From positions 87,395-151,394 of the forward strand of contig JAHBTS010000002.1 of the NCBI GenBank assembly GCA_019638515.1: DNA of 64,000 nucleotides, in the 5' to 3' direction. This DNA comes from Chitinophagales bacterium (GTDB lineage Bacteria; Bacteroidota; Bacteroidia; Chitinophagales; LD1). The notes under the pieces were generated by a model. That model saw only the letters and a list, made by a program, of their open reading frames with translations, had not been told where the DNA came from and did not search any database. Of the stretch, positions 16,449-26,480 are shown one piece after another; the first letter of the stretch is position 1, and every line of letters begins with the position of its first letter. Position numbers and translations under genes: made by a program.

Positions 16449-17909
16449 ATGAAAAAATTGATGTGGAGCATCTTGTTTTTGCTGCTAGTATTGATAGGTA
16501 TATTGCTATTTAATACGCTAATGCTGAAGAGTAAGCAAATAAAAGTGCCTGCATCAGAAGTGGTTTCGGTTCAAATTGACGATTCTGCAGCCATGCGCTT
16601 AGGCAAAAGCATTCAAATAAAAACAGTATCGTACGATGAACCCGAAAAAGTAGACGCAGCAGCATTCGACAGCTTGCATGAACTGCTTCGGGTTTCATTT
16701 CCGTTGGTGCATCAAAATTTGAGCAGAACAGTAGTAAACAAACACAGTTTGCTGTACACATGGAAAGGAAAAAACAATACTGCAAAACCCATAATTATGT
16801 ATGCTCACATGGATGTGGTACCTGTAGAAGACATCAATTTGGCTGATTGGGAAGTGCCGCCATTTAGTGGCGAAATAAAGGATGGTTATGTATGGGGCAG
16901 AGGTGCATTAGACGATAAAGGCAGTGTGCTTGCAATTCTAGAAGCGGCAGAAAAATTACTTAAAGTGGGCTTTGTGCCGGAGCGCGATGTGTATTTTGCA
17001 TTTGGGCACGATGAGGAAATTGGAGGCGAACAAGGTGCAAAGAAAATTGCCGAACTGCTGCTACAAAAGAAAGTACATGCTGAATTTTATGTAGATGAGG
17101 GCGGGCTTGTTTCGCACGGTATGGTGCCCGGTGTAAACGAAGATTTTGCACTTATTGGAACCGGAGAAAAAGGATTCCTTACTTTGGAACTTAGCGTAAA
17201 AATGGAAAGTGGACACAGCAGCCGTCCGCCCCGCCAAACTGCATTGGGTACGCTTATTACAGCTTTAGCAAAACTGGAGGAACATACTTTTGAACGTACG
17301 GTAAGCATTACAGTAAATAATTTTATTGACTTTGTGGGACCTGAACTAAAAATGCCTTTAAAAATGGTTTTCGCTAATAAGTGGATTTTTAAAGGACTTA
17401 TCATGGATGAATATCAAAAAAGCATAGAAGGTAATGCCATGATTAGAACTACCGGAGTGCCCACAGTATTACATGCCGGAGTAAAAGAAAATATTGTACC
17501 GGGCGAAGCAAGTGCCAAAGTAAATTTTAGAGTACTGCAAGGTGAAACCAGCCAAGACGTAATTAAGAAAGTTAAGGCTATTATAGATAACGATACAGTA
17601 AAGATAAAACCATTCGGCATTACGTTTGAACCATCTAAAAATGCCAGTACCGATGCGCCCGGATTTTTGTTGCTGCAAAGAAGTATAGCCAAAGTTTTTC
17701 CAGATGCAAAAGTAGCTCCATTTCTTATGATTGGTAGTACAGACTCAAAGCATTTTGAGCAAGTTGCCGATAATTTATATCGCTTCCTTCCCGTACGGAT
17801 GGGAAAAGAAGAAGTAGCGAAAATACACGGAGTAAATGAGCGAATTTCAGTAAAAGCCCATGCCGAGTGTATTGCCTTTTACGAAACATTCTTGCGAGAT
17901 TTAAAATAA
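16449..17909 (+). CDS. M20 family metallopeptidase (carboxypeptidase S-like) with an N-terminal membrane anchor
   Basis: HMDVVP and HDEEIGG metal-binding motifs and an N-terminal TM helix. The tracked ORF starts at TTG 16443. ATG 16449 is preferred. Confidence 0.8.
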   Translation: MKKLMWSILFLLLVLIGILLFNTLMLKSKQIKVPASEVVSVQIDDSAAMRLGKSIQIKTVSYDEPEKVDAAAFDSLHELLRVSFPLVHQNLSRTVVNKHSLLYTWKGKNNTAKPIIMYAHMDVVPVEDINLADWEVPPFSGEIKDGYVWGRGALDDKGSVLAILEAAEKLLKVGFVPERDVYFAFGHDEEIGGEQGAKKIAELLLQKKVHAEFYVDEGGLVSHGMVPGVNEDFALIGTGEKGFLTLELSVKMESGHSSRPPRQTALGTLITALAKLEEHTFERTVSITVNNFIDFVGPELKMPLKMVFANKWIFKGLIMDEYQKSIEGNAMIRTTGVPTVLHAGVKENIVPGEASAKVNFRVLQGETSQDVIKKVKAIIDNDTVKIKPFGITFEPSKNASTDAPGFLLLQRSIAKVFPDAKVAPFLMIGSTDSKHFEQVADNLYRFLPVRMGKEEVAKIHGVNERISVKAHAECIAFYETFLRDLK

Positions 17910-17913
17910 ACAA

Positions 17914-18369
17914 CTATGCTGTAATTAGCTGCACCAATGCTTTGTCGGTTGGCAGCGTAAGATGGCTTTCGTATGCAAGGGTATCTAGTGGAACCCATCT
18001 GAAGCATTCTGCATCTTGCCCTTCCTTTGCTTCAAAATTAAACTTTGTAGTACTTACTTTTATTTTTTGCCACTCTTCACAATTTACCCAAAAATAAACG
18101 GCAATAATTTGACTATCATTATCAAAAGCAGATGGTACAAAAAAATCGGTGGTGTAAATATGCGATTGCACTTCAACATGCACTCCGGCTTCTTCCATAA
18201 ATTCACGCTGCAAACCTTCGCGCAAACCTTCGCCAAAATCTAAGCCGCCACCCGGGAATTTTGTTACGCGTAGTGTACCTTTTTTTACCAATTCATCGCT
18301 TACCAAAATTTCATTTAAACTGTTTTTTAGTATGCCATATACCCGAACATTAAATCGCGTTATTTCCAT
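17914..18369 (-). CDS. NUDIX hydrolase
   Basis: Nudix box GGGLDFGEGLREGLQREFMEEAGV. Confidence 0.8.
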   Translation of the reverse strand: MEITRFNVRVYGILKNSLNEILVSDELVKKGTLRVTKFPGGGLDFGEGLREGLQREFMEEAGVHVEVQSHIYTTDFFVPSAFDNDSQIIAVYFWVNCEEWQKIKVSTTKFNFEAKEGQDAECFRWVPLDTLAYESHLTLPTDKALVQLITA

Positions 18370-18454
18370 TCTATTTCAATAGTGTGCAAAAATTGCGAAT
18401 TGCTATCAACACTATGTTACTTACGAAGTTTCTTTTTTGTGCTACTTCGTTTTT

Positions 18455-19798
18455 ATGAGAATCCATTTAATTGCCATTGGCGGTGCCGTAATGCACAATA
18501 TAGCCATAGTGCTTTCCAGACAAGGAAACCAAGTTACAGGCTCCGATGATGCCATAAACGATCCCGCTAAAACCAATTTAGAAAAGGAGGGGCTGCTGCC
18601 GCAGCGTATAGGTTTTTATGAAGATAATATTTCGCCCGATATAGAGGTGGTAATACTTGGAATGCACGCGCGGGCAAACAATCCGGAACTGTTGAAAGCA
18701 CAGCAATTAGGCATAAAAATCGTGTCGTTTCCCGAATATGTTTTTGAAATTTCAAAGCATAAAAAGAGGGTGGTAATTGCCGGCAGCCACGGCAAAACCA
18801 CCGTTACATCTATGATTATGCACGTATTGAAATTTGCAGGGCTTGAATTTGATTATATGGTTGGTGCCAGAGTGAAAGGATTTGACACCTCTGTGAAGCT
18901 GTCGGAAACTGCCCCCATAACTATTTTAGAGGGCGATGAGTATTTGGCTTCGCCTCTGCAACCCGAAAGTAAGTTTATGTTCTACCATCCACATATTGCA
19001 CTCATTACTGGCATTGCGTGGGATCACATCAATGTATTTCCTGAGTACGATGGTTATGTACACCAATTTTTAAAATTCACCAATAGTATAGAGCCAAATG
19101 GCACTTTAGTTTGGTGCGAGGAAGATGAAGAACTTATGCGAATTTCTACAGATTTTAGAAGTGATTTAGCACAGTTTCCATACAGAACACCTTCGCACGA
19201 AATTGAACAAGGTACTACGCAACTTATTACACCACAAGGCGAGGTAGAACTACTTGTATTTGGAAAGCATAATTTAATGAACTTAGAAGGTGCTCGTTTG
19301 GTGTGTGCAGCATTGGGCGTAACTTCAGAAGTGTTTTACCAAGCCATAAAAAGCTTTGAAGGCGCTGCTAATAGGCTTCAACTTGTTTCCAGAAACAACC
19401 ATAAAACAGTATATAAAGATTTTGCGCACTCGCCATCAAAAGTACGTGCCACAGTTGCAGCCGTAAAAGAGCAGTTTGCAGATAGCCAACTGGTGGCAGT
19501 GCTGGAGTTGCATACTTTCAGCAGTATAAACGAAACCTTTCTTCCCCAATACAAAGGTGCTTTAGACGCAGCCGATACGGCAATTGTATTTTTAGACGAG
19601 CATGCTTTTAAATTAAAGAATATGACACTGTTGGAAGGTGCAAAAGTGAAAGCCGGTTTTCAAAATTCAAGTATAGAAATACTGCATACTAAAGAAGCGC
19701 TGCTAGAACGTTTACAGGCGCAGCAGCAATCGCAGCACACTTGCTTTTTATTGATGAGTTCCGGTACCTTTGGAGGAATGGATTTAAACAGAATATAG
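18455..19798 (+). CDS. mpl: UDP-N-acetylmuramate:L-alanyl-gamma-D-glutamyl-meso-diaminopimelate ligase
   Basis: MRIHLIAIGGAVMHNIA...VTGSDD N-terminus closely parallels E. coli Mpl. Mur-ligase P-loop GSHGKTT. The tracked ORF starts at TTG 18437. ATG 18455 is preferred. Confidence 0.8.
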   Translation: MRIHLIAIGGAVMHNIAIVLSRQGNQVTGSDDAINDPAKTNLEKEGLLPQRIGFYEDNISPDIEVVILGMHARANNPELLKAQQLGIKIVSFPEYVFEISKHKKRVVIAGSHGKTTVTSMIMHVLKFAGLEFDYMVGARVKGFDTSVKLSETAPITILEGDEYLASPLQPESKFMFYHPHIALITGIAWDHINVFPEYDGYVHQFLKFTNSIEPNGTLVWCEEDEELMRISTDFRSDLAQFPYRTPSHEIEQGTTQLITPQGEVELLVFGKHNLMNLEGARLVCAALGVTSEVFYQAIKSFEGAANRLQLVSRNNHKTVYKDFAHSPSKVRATVAAVKEQFADSQLVAVLELHTFSSINETFLPQYKGALDAADTAIVFLDEHAFKLKNMTLLEGAKVKAGFQNSSIEILHTKEALLERLQAQQQSQHTCFLLMSSGTFGGMDLNRI

Positions 19799-19801
19799 AG
19801 G

Positions 19802-20305
19802 ATGATTTCCTTCAATGCCATATTGGAAAAGTTTGCTGAAAAGGGAGAAAAAACAGGGTGGGTATATATAGAAATCTCCGCTAGCGATGCACAACTTTTA
19901 AAACCCGGCAATAAAAAAATATTCAGGGTTAAAGGAAATTTAGATGCAGTTGTTTTAGCAGCAGTTTCTGTATTTCCAATGGGAGACGGAAGTTTTATAC
20001 TACCCGTAAACGCAACCATGCGAAAAGCACTTGGCAAGCGTGAAGGTGCTATGGTTTCCGTTGCATTAGAAGCCGACAATACTATACTTGAAATTGATGC
20101 AGACTTATTAGAGTGTTTAAGTTTTGATGAAAACGCATTACAGCATTTTTCTCAACTACCGCTATCGCATCAGCGATATTTTTCAAATTGGATTCAGTCA
20201 GCAAAAACAGATGCCACCAAAACAAAACGACTGTCGCAAGCGGTAGATGCTCTTTCGCGCAATATGAATTATGCCGAAATGATTCGTTCATTGAAAGCTA
20301 AATAG
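19802..20305 (+). CDS. DUF1905 / YdeI-family protein
   Basis: 167 aa. The N-terminal half (GWVYIEISASDAQLLKPGNKKIFRVKG) resembles DUF1905. The C-terminal half (HQRYFSNWIQSAKTDATKTKRL) resembles the YdeI/OmpD-associated domain. Confidence 0.65.
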   Translation: MISFNAILEKFAEKGEKTGWVYIEISASDAQLLKPGNKKIFRVKGNLDAVVLAAVSVFPMGDGSFILPVNATMRKALGKREGAMVSVALEADNTILEIDADLLECLSFDENALQHFSQLPLSHQRYFSNWIQSAKTDATKTKRLSQAVDALSRNMNYAEMIRSLKAK

Positions 20306-20364
20306 CATTGTGCAACTTTAGAATTTAAAGCTACCTTGCCATTTCAAAATTTAATTGTCTGAAT

Positions 20365-22035
20365 ATGGAACATTCTTGGGAAACACACCGTGTTTTAAAT
20401 CAGTTTACAGAACTTGCCAACTATAATTTATTTACAACCGATAATGTCCTCAAAGATTATTTTCAACAAAAAAAAGCCGATTGGGCAACCCAGCAACTAT
20501 CTGAGTTCGGAGCAGTGTTAGGCACTGCAGAAGTTTTTGCAAATGGACAACTGGCAAACGAATATACTCCGGTACTAAAGGCGTTCGATAACAGAGGCAA
20601 TAGAATAGATGCCGTTGAGTTTCATCCTTCATGGCATGTTTTTTCTTCTTGGTGTAAATCGTATGGGTTAATATCAAGTCCGTTTGAAAGCAATATACCT
20701 TTGAGGTGGAGCTATACTGCAGCTAACTTTATACTTCAATCGCAAGTAGAAGCAGGCGCAATGTGTCCTGCCACCATGACGTTGGCTTGCATTCCGCTCA
20801 TAGCACGCGAGCCGGAACTATGGCACTTGCTTAAAGATAAATTACTTTCAAGAGCATACGACCAACGCGATATTCCTATTGCCGAAAAAAAATCTGTTTG
20901 GATTGGAATGGGCATGACCGAAAAGCAAGGCGGTTCCGATGTGCGCACCAATACCACCATTGCCACACCCATTGCAGAACCTGGCAGGGGAAAAGCATAC
21001 TTAATTCGTGGACACAAATGGTTTTTTTCTGCTCCTATGTGCGATGCACATTTGGTAGTTGCCCGCACTAGCAACACAGATGCCATTTGCTGTTTTTACG
21101 TGCCGCGTTGGAGGCCGGACGGCACTAAAAACCCCATAGAAATTCAGCGGTTAAAAAACAAATTGGGAAATAAATCTAATTCCAGCAGTGAAGTAGAGTT
21201 TAAAGATGCCTATGGTATTTTAATGGGCGAAGAGGGGAGAGGTATCCCCACTATTATAGAAATGGCAAACTATACGCGCTTGTGTTGTGTGTTAGGCAGC
21301 ACCGGCATCATCCGCCAAGCTACTGTTCAATCCATTGCCTATGCAAGAAAACGAAAAGCATTTGGCAATGCGCTGTACAACCAGCCACTCATGAAAAATG
21401 TATTGGTAGATTTTGCATTGGAAAGTGAAGCCGCAGAAGTGCTTTCACTAAAACTTGCCGAAGCCTTTGAACAAGGCGATACCAGCCATTCTGCCAAAGC
21501 CTGGAAGCGCTTTGTAACACCCGCAGCAAAGTATTGGGTTTGCAAACGGGCAGAGAGTTTAGCAGCCGAGGCTATGGAAGTATTTGGCGGAAATGGTTAT
21601 GTAGAAGATGGAATCATGGCTCGTTTATATAGAGAAGCTCCCGTAAACTCTATTTGGGAAGGCTCCGGAAACGTTATGTGTTTAGATGTGCTTAGAGCTA
21701 TGCATAAAGAGCCGGAAATGGTAACAATTATACTGCAAGAACTTGCAGAAATGGCAGCAGGCGATGAGGTAATACTAAAAGCCATTGCAATCTTAAAAAA
21801 ACTGATTGCCACTAATCCGCAAACTTTAGAAGCCACATCGAGGTTGCTAACCGAAAAGTTGATGTTGATAGTACAGGCTTGCTTATTGAAACAACATTCC
21901 CCCAATTTTGTAAGCCAAGCATTTATTGAGGTTAGATTGAACCAACCCACAGCTACAAATTACGGTGCGTTTATAGTTCACAATATAGATAGCAATGCTA
22001 TACTTGAGCGCGCATTTCCTTTAAATATAAACTGA
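20365..22035 (+). CDS. acyl-CoA dehydrogenase family protein, AidB-like
   Basis: 556 aa. AidB-type N-terminal extension, MTEKQGGSDV motif and an acyl-CoA dehydrogenase C-terminal region. Confidence 0.8.
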   Translation: MEHSWETHRVLNQFTELANYNLFTTDNVLKDYFQQKKADWATQQLSEFGAVLGTAEVFANGQLANEYTPVLKAFDNRGNRIDAVEFHPSWHVFSSWCKSYGLISSPFESNIPLRWSYTAANFILQSQVEAGAMCPATMTLACIPLIAREPELWHLLKDKLLSRAYDQRDIPIAEKKSVWIGMGMTEKQGGSDVRTNTTIATPIAEPGRGKAYLIRGHKWFFSAPMCDAHLVVARTSNTDAICCFYVPRWRPDGTKNPIEIQRLKNKLGNKSNSSSEVEFKDAYGILMGEEGRGIPTIIEMANYTRLCCVLGSTGIIRQATVQSIAYARKRKAFGNALYNQPLMKNVLVDFALESEAAEVLSLKLAEAFEQGDTSHSAKAWKRFVTPAAKYWVCKRAESLAAEAMEVFGGNGYVEDGIMARLYREAPVNSIWEGSGNVMCLDVLRAMHKEPEMVTIILQELAEMAAGDEVILKAIAILKKLIATNPQTLEATSRLLTEKLMLIVQACLLKQHSPNFVSQAFIEVRLNQPTATNYGAFIVHNIDSNAILERAFPLNIN

Positions 22036-22053
22036 TTTCTAATCAAAAAAAAT

Positions 22054-22080
22054 AAAGCGAACCAATCATTAGTTCGCTTT
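22054..22080 (+). terminator. hairpin downstream of the AidB-like gene
   Basis: AAAGCGAAC-caatcatta-GTTCGCTTT: a 9-bp stem ending in TTT, 19 nt after the stop codon. Confidence 0.5.
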
Positions 22081-22092
22081 AGTCCATAGAGC

Positions 22093-22116
22093 TCTTTTGC
22101 TGCTAATTGCAAAAGA
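22093..22116 (-). terminator. second hairpin between convergent genes
   Basis: TCTTTTGC-tgctaatt-GCAAAAGA: an 8-bp stem with no clear U-run on the minus strand. Confidence 0.3.
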
Positions 22117-22134
22117 AAGGAGGGAAGATGTGTG

Positions 22135-25100
22135 TTATCGAAGTAAGGTTACGCTGCCGCTTTTAGTAATAGTTTCAGTTTTTCCTGCAGCAGTATTGTT
22201 TCTTTCGTAACTGATAAAATAGGTGTAAGTTCCGGCTGGTTGGTTAATGCCACCAAAGTCGCCATCCCAGCCTTGAGTTATATCGCCATGAACCAATTGC
22301 CCCCAGCTATTGTAAATACTGTAAGTAGTAACTTTAATATTGTTGTTATTGAAGATAGGGAAGATGCGATCGTTTACTTGGTCGCCATTAGGTGTAAATG
22401 CATTAGGCATAACCATTTCTGTTGCAACTGCCACTACTATATTTGCTGTTTTAAAACAACCTTTATTGCTGCTGCTGTAAACTTTTACTTGGTATTCATT
22501 CGTAAAAGGAGTGGTGCTTACCGGAGCATTTTGGCTGCAAGTGCTGCAAGAAAAATCTAAATAATCCGGTTGCGAAACAGCGCTCCATTCCATTACTGCA
22601 TCGCTCACATTATTGGCGGTAGCAGTAAGTTGGGTTGGCTGTCCGGCTTCTGCATAAAGAGTGTCGGCAGGTAATTCAATTACAATTTCTGCGGCACGTT
22701 CAACGGTTACTTGGTGGTTTACTACACAACCACTGTTATTTTTACTGGTGAAAATATAGTTACCCGCAGCCATTTCAGCAAAGAAGGTTTCGGTAGTAAA
22801 ATTATGATTGCTATATGCAAATTGATAAGGACCGTTTTCGGTAGAAAGTATTATTGCAGTAACATTCCCATCTTTAGTTGCTTCATCAAAACAAGTAGTA
22901 GCTTTAGTTTCAAAACTTAATGAATCTTTTCTTGCGGCAGCAATAGTAAAATTGGTAGTGGCAGTACAGCTGTTGCTATCTTTAACAGTTGCAATGTAAC
23001 TTCCTGCAGAAAGTTCCGTAAACTCACCTGTAACACGATTGATAGGAGATGAACTGTTTAACAACTCAACTGAATACTGCAAAGGCGAAACACCACCGGT
23101 GGCAACCAACAATGCAGCACCATCAGAAACACCAAAACAAACATTGGGAGTTGGAGTTGCAGTTACTTGAAGGCGAGCAGGTTGAGCAATTGAAAAATTT
23201 TCAACAGAAGTGCAACCTTTTCCATCGGTTACCGTAATACTATATGAACCTGCAGTTAAATTAGATGCAGAAGAAGATAAAGAAACGTTGTTTGACCAAA
23301 TAAAAGAATAGTTTCCATCTCCACCGGAAACACTAATAGATGCAGTGCCATTATTACCACCAAAACATAATGGTTGCGTAAATTGAACAGAAGACTGAAT
23401 AGAAGATACAGTTTGCAACACAACACTATACACAGTGGTACATCCATTGGCATCACTTACTTGCACGGTATATGTTCCTGCATTTAAATTACTACGATCT
23501 TTTGTTGCTACACCATCATTCCATAGGTATGTATAATTTGGTGTGCCTCCGTTTACATGAAGTGTAATAGCACCTTCATTGCCATTTCCGGTACAGTTCA
23601 ATTCATTAACTACGGCATTCACAGCAATAGCAGTAGGAGCTGCAATGGTAAATGCTTTTACCGCTGTGCAGCCCGATACATTATCGGTTACAGTTACTGC
23701 ATAGTTTCCTTCACTTAATTGTGTGCGATCTTTGGTGGTAGCACCATCTGCCCAAGTATATGTGGCGCTATTAGAGCCACTACTATTCAATACAACACTT
23801 CCGGTACCTCCATGGCAAAGTGGCGGCACAATAGTTTCACTAATAGAAACTGCATTGACACTGTTTCCAATAATAATGGCAGCAGTTGCAGAGCAACCTT
23901 TAGAGTCAGAAACCGTGATAGCATAATTTCCGGCTGCTATATTGGTTCTGTCTTCGCTTGTTGCCATATCGTTCCATGCAAATGAATATCCACCATTGCC
24001 TCCTGTAACTGCTATATCTATACTGCCTGCAAGGCTGCAAGAAACATCAGTATGTTGTTCATTTATTTGTAGAGGTTGCGGTTGTACTAATACGGCACTG
24101 GCTGTTGCAGAGCAACCATTGGCATCTAATACAGTTACGGTGTAATTCCCTGCTGTTAAGTTTTGTATGCCGGGTGATACTGCTTGGTTGCTCCAAGTAT
24201 AACTATAGTTGCCGCTACCTCCGGTAGCAGTAGCAACTGCTGCACCGTTATTGCCACCATTACACACCACATTGGTTGCAGTGGCAGTAACAGTTAAGTC
24301 GGTTTGGTCTTCAATAATAAACGTAACAAATGCAGTGCAAAGATTAGCATCGGTAATGGTTACATCGTAGTTTCCGGCAGTAAGTGTATTGGAGCCTGCA
24401 CCCGATACATTGGCTACATTCCAAGTATAGGTATAAGGTTGTTGTCCGCCAGTTACTGCAATATGGGCGCTTCCTAAATTGCTGCCACTGCAAGTAATAT
24501 CTGTTTTAGTAAAAGTTGCATCAAGTGCTGCCAGCGGCTGCTGAATCACCACATTGGCAATAGCAGAGCATTGGCCGGCATCACGCACAGTTACAGTATA
24601 ATTTCCGGCTGCTAAATTATTTTGCGTTGCACCTATGCCGCCATTAGACCAGCTAAAACTATAAGCACCATTACCTACAACAGATGCCGTAGCGCTGCCA
24701 TTAGCAGCCCCAAAACAACTTACATCGGCATGAGCTACATTTACCTGCAACTGGCTATTACTACCAACTGTGAAGTTTGCAGTTTGTGTACAACCGGTGG
24801 CATCGGTAACTGTAACCGTGTAGTTGCCAGCAGCTACATTACTTCTGTTTTGTTGTATATTGTTGTCATTCCACACAAAAGAATAGGCAGGCTGCCCGTT
24901 AGAAACACTCAAATTTATTGAACCACCTGCACCGCCACAAGCTGCGGCATTGGTTGTGCCATTTACCAACATGTTTCGTTGTTCTAATGTAACTGATGCA
25001 GTAGAAACACAAGCTCCTGTTGTACCTGTTACTACATATGTTTGAGTACCCGAAGGTGTTGCTGTAGTTTGTGCAGTATTGGTAGTGCTAAGCCCGGCAG

Positions 25101-26340
25101 CAGGAGTCCAGCTATACGAAACTGTTCCTGTAGCAGTTAAAACGGTGCTTTCATTGGCACACAACTGCAATTTCCCTGCCGATATACTTACGTGTTGTGT
25201 ATCATTTATGGTAATGGATGCTTGGGTATATGGCTGTTGCGTACAGGCATCTACCAAAGATATCACCATAGTTTCACTTCCTTCGGTAAGATTATCGGCA
25301 ATGGGAACTATGTTTACTGATGCTGAAGTAGCACCAATAGGAACAATAATACTGTCTGGTATATGTTGGTAATCAACACCATTTATGGCAGTGCCGGAAA
25401 TTTGATATTTAAACGCATTGTAACTATCATAAGGAGGATTGAAGTTGAATTGCACACGTGCATTGGCGCAACCTTCATAAGCAGCGCTATAGCCATTGTA
25501 AGCATAAGCTGTGCTTAATGTTGCTCTGTTTGAAGTAAAAGAACCGGCTTCAATAAATACTCCTGAATCATAAAACTCATCGTTTCCATCGGCAATTGAT
25601 AACTTGAATGTATAAGTAGCACATGGAATTACATCAACAGTGGCAGTTAATACAACGGTGCCTCCATTGTAAACCACATACGCATTTCCCGCATTATTTC
25701 TATAATAAGCCGTATTGAAACCTTGGCATCCTGCAGTAGTAGAGTATGGTCCGGACACACCTGAGTTTACCGTATTTATACCTACAGGTTGATTGGTATT
25801 GGGTACAATGGCAACATTCTTATTTACGTAACTGCCACCACCCAATTGTGTAGGGCGTGGCCCATTTACAAAAAAGCCAAACACATCATTAAAGTTGGCA
25901 CATACGAAATTGGGATACTCCTCCGACATAAACACATACCTGAAGGTTAGTTTATCACCAATAGGTACCACATCAAAGGTTAATGAAGATGCATTGTAAG
26001 TTGGATAGCCTGAAAGCGATTGTAAAAGTGTATCTCCAATGGCTCCATTATCGTAGCTGGCGCCAATTTTTGAAGAGCCTATATTGGCAGTTTTGGAAAC
26101 GTCTGAAGTTCTTCCTGTAGTTAAAACTATACCGTTTGAAATACCTAAATTGGTATTGAAGTTGGCATTAAATGAACCTGCGGCATCGTTTGCAGCAGTT
26201 AATATGGCATTAGAAATGGCAACACCATTTCCTTCCAACGATTGCGCCAACGTTGCGGCATTGTTAGATGCTGTTACAGTAAGTTGCGCGTGCGCACCAA
26301 TACATGCAAGAGCAAATACTCCGGTTAATAATGTTTTCAT
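22135..26340 (-). CDS. giant secreted adhesin-like protein, T9SS type B (CHU_C / gliding motility-associated) C-terminal domain
   Basis: 1401 aa with a signal peptide. Choice-of-anchor-L-like N-terminal domain (FRYVFMSEEYPNFVCANFNDVFGFFVNG). Calx-beta-like unit (ISGTAINGVDYQHIP...EGSETMVISLV). About ten SprB-type repeats. C-terminal PNAFTPNGDQVNDRIFPIF...SWGQLV domain (about 22138..22419). Confidence 0.9.
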   Translation of the reverse strand: MKTLLTGVFALACIGAHAQLTVTASNNAATLAQSLEGNGVAISNAILTAANDAAGSFNANFNTNLGISNGIVLTTGRTSDVSKTANIGSSKIGASYDNGAIGDTLLQSLSGYPTYNASSLTFDVVPIGDKLTFRYVFMSEEYPNFVCANFNDVFGFFVNGPRPTQLGGGSYVNKNVAIVPNTNQPVGINTVNSGVSGPYSTTAGCQGFNTAYYRNNAGNAYVVYNGGTVVLTATVDVIPCATYTFKLSIADGNDEFYDSGVFIEAGSFTSNRATLSTAYAYNGYSAAYEGCANARVQFNFNPPYDSYNAFKYQISGTAINGVDYQHIPDSIIVPIGATSASVNIVPIADNLTEGSETMVISLVDACTQQPYTQASITINDTQHVSISAGKLQLCANESTVLTATGTVSYSWTPAAGLSTTNTAQTTATPSGTQTYVVTGTTGACVSTASVTLEQRNMLVNGTTNAAACGGAGGSINLSVSNGQPAYSFVWNDNNIQQNRSNVAAGNYTVTVTDATGCTQTANFTVGSNSQLQVNVAHADVSCFGAANGSATASVVGNGAYSFSWSNGGIGATQNNLAAGNYTVTVRDAGQCSAIANVVIQQPLAALDATFTKTDITCSGSNLGSAHIAVTGGQQPYTYTWNVANVSGAGSNTLTAGNYDVTITDANLCTAFVTFIIEDQTDLTVTATATNVVCNGGNNGAAVATATGGSGNYSYTWSNQAVSPGIQNLTAGNYTVTVLDANGCSATASAVLVQPQPLQINEQHTDVSCSLAGSIDIAVTGGNGGYSFAWNDMATSEDRTNIAAGNYAITVSDSKGCSATAAIIIGNSVNAVSISETIVPPLCHGGTGSVVLNSSGSNSATYTWADGATTKDRTQLSEGNYAVTVTDNVSGCTAVKAFTIAAPTAIAVNAVVNELNCTGNGNEGAITLHVNGGTPNYTYLWNDGVATKDRSNLNAGTYTVQVSDANGCTTVYSVVLQTVSSIQSSVQFTQPLCFGGNNGTASISVSGGDGNYSFIWSNNVSLSSSASNLTAGSYSITVTDGKGCTSVENFSIAQPARLQVTATPTPNVCFGVSDGAALLVATGGVSPLQYSVELLNSSSPINRVTGEFTELSAGSYIATVKDSNSCTATTNFTIAAARKDSLSFETKATTCFDEATKDGNVTAIILSTENGPYQFAYSNHNFTTETFFAEMAAGNYIFTSKNNSGCVVNHQVTVERAAEIVIELPADTLYAEAGQPTQLTATANNVSDAVMEWSAVSQPDYLDFSCSTCSQNAPVSTTPFTNEYQVKVYSSSNKGCFKTANIVVAVATEMVMPNAFTPNGDQVNDRIFPIFNNNNIKVTTYSIYNSWGQLVHGDITQGWDGDFGGINQPAGTYTYFISYERNNTAAGKTETITKSGSVTLLR
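22696..24972 (-). repeat. array of about ten tandem SprB-type repeats (coding, ~75 aa / ~225 bp period)
   Basis: aa ~457-1215 repeat the C.G..NG...........GG...Y.F.W......Q....NL.AGNYTVTV.D..GC pattern. The last two units are degenerate. Confidence 0.8.
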
Positions 26341-26480
26341 CTTGTTCAGTTTAAATTTCAGACTTGAGACCTCACTTTCCTTTCAAAACATTTTCAGACT
26401 CTTATTTTGAAAGTACGTAAAACCTCATTTCTTGTAAATATAAAACCACATTGAGCCGAGCGCAAGGGGTAAGATAGAAT

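Noticed and set aside
22696-24972. Regularly spaced ~225-bp repeats (and the ~243-bp PKD period at 45922..47877) as possible CRISPR or satellite arrays
   Set aside because: The periodicity is protein-domain periodicity inside intact long ORFs. The repeats are divergent at the DNA level and have no short identical repeat/spacer structure.
22240-25372. Several 60-106-aa plus-strand ORFs within the 1401-aa gene
   Set aside because: They are antisense artefacts of the SprB-repeat codon composition. They are fragmented across frames and have no motifs.
26380-26413. Hairpin CTTTCAAAA-N16-TTTTGAAAG and the duplicated TTCAGACT motif between mtgA and the 1401-aa gene
   Set aside because: The stem is AT-only with a 16-nt loop and no U-run on the transcribed strand. 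This is too weak to call a terminator or operator.
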